This document shows, piece after piece, positions 10,862 to 17,708 of a DNA stretch of 64,000 bases. Numbering within the stretch: position 1 is the stretch's first letter; each line of letters begins with the position of its first letter. This DNA is from Solirubrobacteraceae bacterium (GTDB lineage Bacteria > Actinomycetota > Thermoleophilia > Solirubrobacterales > Solirubrobacteraceae): NCBI GenBank assembly GCA_035536715.1, contig DATLNO010000077.1, positions 9,221-73,220 of the forward strand. Direction: 5' to 3'. The notes below the pieces were generated by a model. The model ran no database searches, was not told the origin of the DNA, and saw only the letters and a program-made list of their open reading frames with translations. The position numbers and the translations under genes are program-made.

Positions 10862-11332
10862 TCAGCCAGGCTCGCCGTGCCAGTAGTCGACCGTGCTCGA
10901 CCGCTGCACGATGACGTCGTCCTCCGTGTTGCCGGTCCAGATCGCGATCTTGTCGCTGTCGGGGTAGACCGTCGCGGCCGGGTGGATGACGGTCGACCAC
11001 ATGAGGACGCGGGCGAGCTCGTCGGCGTCGTTGCGGATCTGATGTGCGCCCTCGGGCCCGAGCGCGAAGAAGACGACATCCTCGGGCTCGAGCTGGTGCG
11101 TGCCCTCGGGGTCGCGTACGGACGGCCGACCGCTGAGAACGAGCAGCCACTCCTCCTCGGCGTACTCGTAGTGGTAGGGGCAGAGCGCCTGGCCCGGTGG
11201 CAGCTCGTAGACGCTCGTGCCCGTCTGCGTGGCGCCGAGCTGCGGGCCGAAGCGAAACAGGCCCGAGCGCGAGCCCGCCGGATCGTCGTCGTCATAGGTG
11301 AATATCGGAGCGGAGATGTTGACGCGGTGCAT
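10862..11332 (-). CDS. cupin domain protein
   Basis: 156 aa. YHYEYAEEEWLLVLSG...PEDVVFFALGPEGAHQIRN matches the cupin G(X)5HxH...E / G(X)5PxG..H..N pattern. Confidence 0.7.
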   Translation of the reverse strand: MHRVNISAPIFTYDDDDPAGSRSGLFRFGPQLGATQTGTSVYELPPGQALCPYHYEYAEEEWLLVLSGRPSVRDPEGTHQLEPEDVVFFALGPEGAHQIRNDADELARVLMWSTVIHPAATVYPDSDKIAIWTGNTEDDVIVQRSSTVDYWHGEPG

Positions 11333-11344
11333 CGCGTCATCGTC

Positions 11345-11839
11345 TCAGCCCGCCCGCCGGCCTCGGCGCAGCAGGCTGCGATGCAGCGTTCCGAGCCGCG
11401 GGATCCGCGCCACGACGAGCAGCCGCGAGCGTGGCCGGCGCAACCAGGCGGCGGCGACGAACACTCCGCGGCGGCGCAGCGTCGCGCGCGCGAGCAGCAG
11501 TTCAGCGCGTGCCTCGTCGCCGAGCTCGGCCCGCGCCTGGAGCGTGCGAGCGAAGGCCAGCCCATCCTCGAGCGGCAAGCCGGACCGGGGTGCGGCGACG
11601 GCCCGCGCGAACGCGTCGAAGCGCGTCGCGAAGGTGTCGCCGAGCTCCAGCGCGAGCGCGGGCCACGCGAGCGCGACGAGGCGCCCGCGCTTGCGCCGCA
11701 GCGAGCTGCCGGCCGCACCGGCCTGCACGGCGTCGAATCCCGGCGGGGGCTCGTCGCCGCGCAGGAGCGCGTCGAGCAGCTGCGCCTGGCGCGCGGCGTA
11801 GGCCTCGCGGTCAGGCGCGGACACGGTGCTCGCTTCCAT
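11345..11839 (-). CDS. hypothetical partner protein of the DUF692 enzyme
   Basis: In-frame ATG at 11839 (MEASTVSAPDREAYAARQAQLLDALL...), or GTG at 11825. It overlaps the DUF692 stop by 15-29 nt. It is helical and Arg/Ala-rich, and I did not recognise a family with confidence. Confidence 0.5.
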   Translation of the reverse strand: MEASTVSAPDREAYAARQAQLLDALLRGDEPPPGFDAVQAGAAGSSLRRKRGRLVALAWPALALELGDTFATRFDAFARAVAAPRSGLPLEDGLAFARTLQARAELGDEARAELLLARATLRRRGVFVAAAWLRRPRSRLLVVARIPRLGTLHRSLLRRGRRAG

Positions 11840-12653
11840 GGCGCACGGCGCCGGCGATCGCCTCAAGCTCCGCGGCGAACTCGGCCTCCGGGGGAAAGTC
11901 GTCGTCGCGCTCGAGCAGCACGCCGGGCACGTCGGTGAGCGAGAACAGCTCCTCCACGAGATGCAGCACACCCGGCACGACCGGATCGGCGTGCGTGTCG
12001 TGGTAGACGCCCTCGCGGAAGCAGCCGCCGCCGACGTGCACGTAGGCGATCCGCTCCAGCGGGAAGCGCTCGAGCGACTCGAGCGCGTGGTAGCCGTGGT
12101 TGTGCGCGTTGGCATAGAGGTTGGAAAGGTCGAGCAGCAGCAGCGCGCCCGTGCGCTCGATCAGCTCGCTGACGAACGTCGCCTCGTCCATCTCGGCACC
12201 CGGCCACTGCACGAGCGTCGCGACGTGCTCGAGCGCGAGCGGCACGGGCAGCGCATCCTGGGCGATCGCGACGTTCTCGCTGAGGATGTCCAGGGCCTCG
12301 CGTGTGCGCGGGACCGGCAGCAGGTGCCCGGACTCGCGACCGTCGGCGCGCACGAACGCGATGTGCTCGCTGACGAGCGGCGCGCCGACACGCTGTGCGA
12401 CCGAAGCGAGGTGCGCCAGCCGGCCGCGATCCGGCCGCTCGGCGCCGCCGAGCGACAGGCTCACTCCGTGCGGAACGACCTGCAGGCCACGCTGCATCGC
12501 GGTCGCCACGCCGGCGGGCAGAGCGTGCGCGCCGATCGCCTCCGCGACGACCTCGATGAAGCCCAGCCCGTCGGCGCGCGCGATCGCGCCATCGAGTTGT
12601 GGGCGCCAGCCGGCGCCCTGTCCGAGCTGCCATGTCACGCGTGTCGTGTTCAT
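11811..12653 (-). CDS. DUF692 family protein (MbnB/TglH/HvfB-like multinuclear non-heme iron enzyme, TIM-barrel)
   Basis: 280 aa. GLGFIEVVAE..., VVPHGVSLSLGG, PLVSEHIAF, LALEHVA, LLLDLSNLYANAHNHG and YVHVGGG fit the DUF692/xylose-isomerase-like fold. ATG at 12653 lies 1 nt after the upstream stop. Confidence 0.8.
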   Translation of the reverse strand: MNTTRVTWQLGQGAGWRPQLDGAIARADGLGFIEVVAEAIGAHALPAGVATAMQRGLQVVPHGVSLSLGGAERPDRGRLAHLASVAQRVGAPLVSEHIAFVRADGRESGHLLPVPRTREALDILSENVAIAQDALPVPLALEHVATLVQWPGAEMDEATFVSELIERTGALLLLDLSNLYANAHNHGYHALESLERFPLERIAYVHVGGGCFREGVYHDTHADPVVPGVLHLVEELFSLTDVPGVLLERDDDFPPEAEFAAELEAIAGAVRHGSEHRVRA

Positions 12654-12654
12654 C

Positions 12655-13602
12655 TCAGCCACCTCCTCCGCCGCCGCATCCGCCGCCACCGCCGCCACCG
12701 CCGCATCCGCCGCCGCCACTGCCGCCGTCGCTCGCTGCGCCGGCGCAGCCACCCACGCCGCCACCGCCACCGCAGCCGCCGGAGCGGTGCGAGCCCCACC
12801 AGCCGTTGTTGGACTCGTCCTCACGCGGGACGCCGAGCGCCGACGCGATCGCCGGGTCGGCGAGCCACAGAGCGCCGCCGCCGAACAGCGCCACCGAGAG
12901 CGCGCCCTCGCCGGCCAGCGGGTGGCGGCGCAGCTGCTCGTTCTCCCGGCGCAGCCGGCCGAGCACGTCGCGCCCGCGGTTCGTGGCGACCGGCCGCCGG
13001 CGCAGGAGCCAGACGGTCGCGAACGCGACGACGAGCGTGATCGCGGCGGTCCAGCCGGTCGCCGCGCCGTTCTGCCATCCCGCGACGACCCGCGCGAGGC
13101 CGAGCGCCACGAGCAGCGCGCCCACGATCCACAGGCGCCGCACCCGCGCCGCCTGCTGCTCGTCGAGCAGGAGGCCCGACCGGGTCAGCCGCTCGGACAT
13201 CGACGCGAGCACGTCGTCCTCCCTGACCGCGCGGCGCAGCGCCGTGGTGCTGATGCCCGGCTCGCGGCGGACGACCTCGAAGACGGTCCGCTCGACCGGA
13301 TCGGCGCCCGGACCCAGCTCGCCGGAGACCTTCAGCGTGCCCTCGCGCCGGCGGACCCGCAGCACGTGGTCGCCGTGCAGGCACGTGAGCGCGCTCGTGA
13401 TCGCGAGCTGCGTTCCGCCGCTGAGCAGCGCCAGCTCATAGACGCCGAGGTCGGGCAACGGGTCTGCGCTGTGCTCCCTGCGCCCGATCGCCTCGTGCCA
13501 CTGCCACCAGATCGCGACCATCGCGACCAGGCAGAGCACGCCGTAGCCCGTCAGGAACTGCGTCTCGGTGATTCCCCAGGTTGTCGTCGCTGTCGTGAGC
13601 AT
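12655..13602 (-). CDS. membrane protein (TIGR04222-like) with a C-terminal Gly/Cys-only tail
   Basis: ATG at 13602 preceded by GGAG. It has 3-4 TM segments. The final 40 aa or so are SGGCGGGGGVGGCAGAASDGGSGGGGCGGGGGGGGCGGGGGG (4 Cys). Confidence 0.7.
   Translation of the reverse strand: MLTTATTTWGITETQFLTGYGVLCLVAMVAIWWQWHEAIGRREHSADPLPDLGVYELALLSGGTQLAITSALTCLHGDHVLRVRRREGTLKVSGELGPGADPVERTVFEVVRREPGISTTALRRAVREDDVLASMSERLTRSGLLLDEQQAARVRRLWIVGALLVALGLARVVAGWQNGAATGWTAAITLVVAFATVWLLRRRPVATNRGRDVLGRLRRENEQLRRHPLAGEGALSVALFGGGALWLADPAIASALGVPREDESNNGWWGSHRSGGCGGGGGVGGCAGAASDGGSGGGGCGGGGGGGGCGGGGGG
12658..12785. repeat. low-complexity GCC/GCA/CCG triplet tract encoding the Gly/Cys tail
   Basis: Plus strand reads cctcctccgccgccgcatccgccgccaccgccgccaccgccgcatccgccgccgccactgccgcc... 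The imperfect triplet repeats also supply the GGAGG-like RBS for the DUF692 gene. Confidence 0.6.
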
Positions 13603-13794
13603 GAGCACAACTCCGTTCGTTGCACTGTGAAAGGGCACGTTGTGTTGGTGTGAACGAGGCGAAGAATGGAGTGGCGATGCCCGACCCGCCACGCCTCGGA
13701 GCCTGCTCTCTCACGACCGGCGGGCGACGTTCGCGCAGTTGTCCCGTCACCCCCGACGTTGATCCGACGCGAATCCGACGCTACGGTGGCTGGC

Positions 13795-14922
13795 GTGAGC
13801 ACGCGTTCGGGTGACCTGGCGGACGAGCTCAAGCAGGTCATCCGCCTCGCCGGCCGCGACCCGGAGGCGCTCGAAACGGCGCTGCCGGTGCTGTCGGGCT
13901 TCCACCGTGCGGCGAGCGTCGACGCCCTCGACGAGCCCGCGCGTGTGCACTTCATCCTGCGCCGCCTGATCCCCGAATACCTCGACCGCCTCCCGGCCGG
14001 CCGCGATTGCAGAGCGATCCGCGAGCTGATGACCTGGGAGGACGAGGACGGTGAGTCGCAGTCGCTCACGACGCGCTACCACAAAGCCGCCGCGCATCTC
14101 GTCAACGCGGCGTCCGATTTCGGGCGCCGCCAGGAGCCGCGGCTGCTGGCCGAATGCGCCCGGCGCTTCATCGCCTTCGACCACGAGGACCGGCTCGGCG
14201 CCGGCGCCCCGGCAGGAGAGGTCGCGGCAGCCCTGCCGAGCGCGCCGGTCGTCATGGGGGCCGATCGGGGACACGCGCCGCCGCCCCTGCCACCGGTCCA
14301 ATCCGACGCCGTTGCCGGCGCGGTCGCAGTCGACGCCGGGATCGTCCAGGTGCACAAGAACCTCGACTACCACCTGCTCGTCGACCTGATGGTCGACGCC
14401 GAGGAGATCGTGATCCTCAACACGTGGATCCCGGAGCTGAACATCCTCGACGACGCGCTCGTCGACGCGCTCGCGCGCGGCACGTACGTCTCGATCCTCA
14501 TGCTCTATCCCGACTCGCACATCGCCCAGTTGCGCAGCGAGGCGCTGCAGGGCGTCAACCAGGCGCGCGTCCGGGAGGACCGCGTCAAGCCCGGCGTGCG
14601 TCACTGCCTCGAGGTGCTCGCAGCGATCGCTCGCACCGCCGGCGACGAGGGGCGCCGCCGCCTGCGGGTCAGGCTCTACCATTCGCTCCCGTCGATCTCT
14701 GTCTACGGCGTCGACGACCGGGCGTTCTTCAGCGTCTTCCTGCACGGTCAGCTCGCCGTCAAGTCGCCGCAGATCGAGGTCCTGGGACAGGAGTCGCTGA
14801 TGGGTCGGCTCGTCTTCCGCGAGCTTGAGACGCTCTGGGAGACCGGACATGAATTCGAGGATCTGGAGCAATGGCAGACGGAGCTGGAGGACATGGGCCG
14901 GAAGTTCGGGTTCGGTTCCTGA
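13795..14922 (+). CDS. hypothetical protein; the C-terminal half resembles a PLD-like/DUF5919-type domain
   Basis: The ORF is open from 13666; GTG at 13795 is an alternative start. C-terminal pattern: IVILNTWIP...YVSILMLYPDS...LYHSLPSISVYGVDDRAFFSVFLHG. It is divergent from the DUF692 operon. Confidence 0.45.
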   Translation: MSTRSGDLADELKQVIRLAGRDPEALETALPVLSGFHRAASVDALDEPARVHFILRRLIPEYLDRLPAGRDCRAIRELMTWEDEDGESQSLTTRYHKAAAHLVNAASDFGRRQEPRLLAECARRFIAFDHEDRLGAGAPAGEVAAALPSAPVVMGADRGHAPPPLPPVQSDAVAGAVAVDAGIVQVHKNLDYHLLVDLMVDAEEIVILNTWIPELNILDDALVDALARGTYVSILMLYPDSHIAQLRSEALQGVNQARVREDRVKPGVRHCLEVLAAIARTAGDEGRRRLRVRLYHSLPSISVYGVDDRAFFSVFLHGQLAVKSPQIEVLGQESLMGRLVFRELETLWETGHEFEDLEQWQTELEDMGRKFGFGS

Positions 14923-15620
14923 GCGCCGACGCCGCTGAGGCCGAGCTGCTGGCCGAGTTCACCGGGCACCCGCTGTTCGCGGCGATCGACGGACTCGACG
15001 GGGCTGCGTTCCGCGAGGTCCTGCTGCAGCGCCGCTTCCTGTCGCTGCTGTTTCCCGTCGTCTACGACATCGGCATCGACGGGCTTGCCGACGCGGCGTC
15101 GACGCGGCTCGTACGGGAGATCCTGCGCGAGGAGTACCCGGACCCGACCGGGGCAACGCCGTCGCATCGCGAGGACCTCGTCGGCGACCTCCTCGCACTG
15201 GGAGCGACGCGCGAGCAGATCATGGATGCGCGGCCGAGCGCCGTCACCGCGAGCGTCGTGCAGGAGACGCTCGCGCTGATGCTCGACGCTGCGGCGGCGC
15301 CTGGCGACGCGGCCGTGCTGGCGATCCTGCGCTTTTGGGGCGAGGTGCTGGTGTCGGTCGAGTACGGCGAGTTCTGGCGCCGGATGGAGGGCGAGCTCGA
15401 GGCGGCCGGCGCGACCTCACGCTTCTACCACCCGCATCACCACCACGACGGCCGGGAGCCGCTCGCAGCGGCGTCGGACGACTCGGCGACCCACTCGGGG
15501 CGGCTCGGCGCGTGCCTGGTGCGATCGCTGGAGCATGAAAGCGGTGCGGTGGAGGAGCACGCGCGCGTCGAGCGCGCGGTGCTCGCGGCGCGGATGCGTT
15601 TCTACGACCAGTTCTGCTGA
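14871..15620 (+). CDS. heme-oxygenase-like fold protein (TenA/PqqC/iron-containing redox enzyme family), putative di-iron oxidase
   Basis: All-helical. Acidic/His clusters LREEYPD...SHREDL, FWGEVLVSVEYGEFW and FYHPHHHHDGRE. The first 10 codons or so have poor GC3, so the true start is probably a little downstream of 14871. Confidence 0.45.
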   Translation: MADGAGGHGPEVRVRFLSADAAEAELLAEFTGHPLFAAIDGLDGAAFREVLLQRRFLSLLFPVVYDIGIDGLADAASTRLVREILREEYPDPTGATPSHREDLVGDLLALGATREQIMDARPSAVTASVVQETLALMLDAAAAPGDAAVLAILRFWGEVLVSVEYGEFWRRMEGELEAAGATSRFYHPHHHHDGREPLAAASDDSATHSGRLGACLVRSLEHESGAVEEHARVERAVLAARMRFYDQFC

Positions 15621-16090
15621 TGAGCGGCGGCGTCAGGGCCGGTGTCGTGGTCTTCGCGGTCGGGCTGTTGTTCATCTGGTTGATCCGGCCGATCGGCAAC
15701 GCCTGCTCGGACCTCGACAAGCTGCCGAGCGGCAGCGTGGCCTCTTCCGCACCGTCGTTCGCGCCCCCGTTTACGCGCACGTGCACGTACACGACGCCGG
15801 AGGGCACGAAGGCACGCAGGCGCTACGTACCGGCGCTCGACCTGCTCGCGCTGCTGCTCGTGGCCGTGATCGTCGGCGGCGCGATCGGGCTCGCCGGCCC
15901 GGGAGGGCGGGAGCGAGCATCCAAGCCACCGCACAAGCCGAAGCCGCCGGAGCCCGAGCGGTCAGAGCAGTGGGAGACGCCGCTCGATGCGCAGCCGCCG
16001 GCCGCGGACGAGGAGCAGGCGCGGCGCGATCGCGACGCGGCCGAGCGTGAGCGCGCCCGCCTGGAGCGCGAGGCGCGGCGGCAGAGCTGA
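15620..16090 (+). CDS. hypothetical membrane protein (2 TM, charged Pro/Arg/Glu-rich tail)
   Basis: The ATG overlaps the upstream stop (TGATGA at 15618-15623). Two hydrophobic helices are followed by KPPHKPKPPEPERSEQ...RERARLEREARR. Confidence 0.5.
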   Translation: MSGGVRAGVVVFAVGLLFIWLIRPIGNACSDLDKLPSGSVASSAPSFAPPFTRTCTYTTPEGTKARRRYVPALDLLALLLVAVIVGGAIGLAGPGGRERASKPPHKPKPPEPERSEQWETPLDAQPPAADEEQARRDRDAAERERARLEREARRQS

Positions 16091-16104
16091 AGGCGGAGGC
16101 GCGC

Positions 16105-16476
16105 TCAGCGCGCCCAGGGAACTTCGACCGAGTCCTCCTGTGGCGCGTCGCGTGCGACGACGTACTCGGCAGCCTCGGTCTCGGAGGGGTTGTCGAGCTG
16201 GTGCGTCTCGCGCGGCGGGACGTACACCATGTCGCCGGGCTCGAGCGTGAGCGAGTGCTCGAGCTCCTCGCCCCAGCGCACGTTCAGGCGGCCGTGCAGC
16301 ATGTAGACGGCCGACTCGCACTCGGCGTGGTAGTGCGGTCGCGACTGCGCGCCGGCCGGCACCCGGAAGACGCCCATGTAGATGTGCGACGCGCCGGTCG
16401 TGGCCTGCGACACCTCCGCGCCGCCGACGACGCCGCGCGGCACGACATGGTCTGGACCTGGCTTGACGACCTGCAC
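16105..16476 (-). CDS. cupin domain protein
   Basis: 123 aa with RPHYHAECESAVYMLHG...GDMVYVPPRETHQ, the two cupin motifs. GTG start. Confidence 0.7.
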   Translation of the reverse strand: MQVVKPGPDHVVPRGVVGGAEVSQATTGASHIYMGVFRVPAGAQSRPHYHAECESAVYMLHGRLNVRWGEELEHSLTLEPGDMVYVPPRETHQLDNPSETEAAEYVVARDAPQEDSVEVPWAR

Positions 16477-16589
16477 GCCGCGAAGACTACTCCCAGATCC
16501 GATTGTCGGAAACCCGCAGAACGGAAACTCGACGTTCTGACGGTCGCGTGTTCAGTTCGGCTCATTTGCAGGGACCCGCCAGGCGGTGA

Positions 16590-17423
16590 TTACGTCGTCA
16601 TGCCCGTGAACTGGCCGCCGGTGATGTTGAGCGTCTGGCCATGGACGTAGTTCGACCACGGCGAGCAGAGGAAGAAGACGCCGCCCGCCGCCTCCTCGGG
16701 CGTTCCCGGCCGGCCGAGCGGGATGACGTAGGACGCCATGCCGCGCAATTGCTCGGGGATGCCGAGCTGCACGGTCTCGCCGCCGATCTGCATCGTGTTG
16801 TCCTCGACCTTCGCCGCCGTGAGGCGGGTCTCGATGAAGCCGAACGCGACCGCGTTGACGTTGATCTTGAATTGCCCCCACTCCTTGGCCAGCGTCTTCG
16901 TCAGGCCCACGACGGCAGCCTTCCCGGCGGCGTAGTTCGCCTGACCGGCATTGCCCATCGTTCCGGAGATCGAGGAGACGTTGACGATCTTGCGAAAGAC
17001 CTCGATGCCCTCGTCGCGTTCCTTCTTGGCCGGCTCGCGCAGGTGCGGCGCGGCGGCACGGATGACGCGGAAGGGGACGATCGTATGGATGTCGAGCATC
17101 CGCTGGAAGGCCTCGTCGGTCATCTTGTGGACCGCGCCGTCGATCGTGTAGCCGGCATTGTTGACGATGATGTCGATCTTGCCCCACGCGTCGATCGCGG
17201 TCTGCACGAGCTCGTCGCACGCGCCGGGGGCGGTCAGGTCGCCGCCGTGGACGACGGTCTCGCCGGCGATCTCGCTTGCCGTCTGCTCCGCGACGTCGGC
17301 ATCGAGGTCGTTGATGAGGACCTTCGCGCCCTGCTCGGAGAGCAGTTCGGCGGTTGCGCGGCCGATGCCTCGTGCCGAGCCGGTGACGATCGCGACCCTG
17401 CCGTCGAGTACTCCCATTCGCAT
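16590..17423 (-). CDS. SDR family oxidoreductase (3-oxoacyl-ACP reductase-like)
   Basis: VAIVTGSARGIGRA (TGxxxGxG), NNAG, and YAAGKAA (YxxxK). ATG at 17423. Confidence 0.8.
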   Translation of the reverse strand: MRMGVLDGRVAIVTGSARGIGRATAELLSEQGAKVLINDLDADVAEQTASEIAGETVVHGGDLTAPGACDELVQTAIDAWGKIDIIVNNAGYTIDGAVHKMTDEAFQRMLDIHTIVPFRVIRAAAPHLREPAKKERDEGIEVFRKIVNVSSISGTMGNAGQANYAAGKAAVVGLTKTLAKEWGQFKINVNAVAFGFIETRLTAAKVEDNTMQIGGETVQLGIPEQLRGMASYVIPLGRPGTPEEAAGGVFFLCSPWSNYVHGQTLNITGGQFTGMTT

Positions 17424-17467
17424 GCGCTCCTGTTCGTGGTTGCGGCCGGCCACGATATCGACTGGTT

Positions 17468-17479
17468 GACTGGCCAGTC
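17468..17479. promoter_or_regulatory. perfect 12-bp palindrome GACTGGCCAGTC upstream of the SDR gene (candidate operator)
   Basis: Located about 45 bp upstream of ATG 17423. It is preceded by a half-site copy, GACTGGTT. Confidence 0.2.
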
Positions 17480-17708
17480 GGTATGCGTTGCGCGTGCGCG
17501 AGCCGCACCGGAGGGAAGCGGGTCGCCAAAGTGTTCTGTGCCAGCAGTTTCCCGACACGCCTCGGCGGGGGCGGCCGGGGGCGGCGTCTCGGGCAACCGT
17601 GGCCGGTCCGACCGATCTTCCTCATCGACGCAGTTCAGTCGGCGCCACACCCGCCTCACGCAGGCGTGCTGAACGCCAGGCGCGGATCACGGCGCGGCCC
17701 TCTCAGGC

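Noticed and set aside
10849-10866. tRNA-like T-loop sequence GGATTCGAACC (reverse complement GGTTCGAATCC) preceded by TGG, between the cupin stop and the MFS start. Considered as a minus-strand tRNA or a tRNA-derived att remnant.
   Set aside because: The T-stem would have 2 mismatches in 5 pairs. There is no acceptor stem and no CCA context. The 5' part would lie inside the cupin coding region. This is most likely chance.
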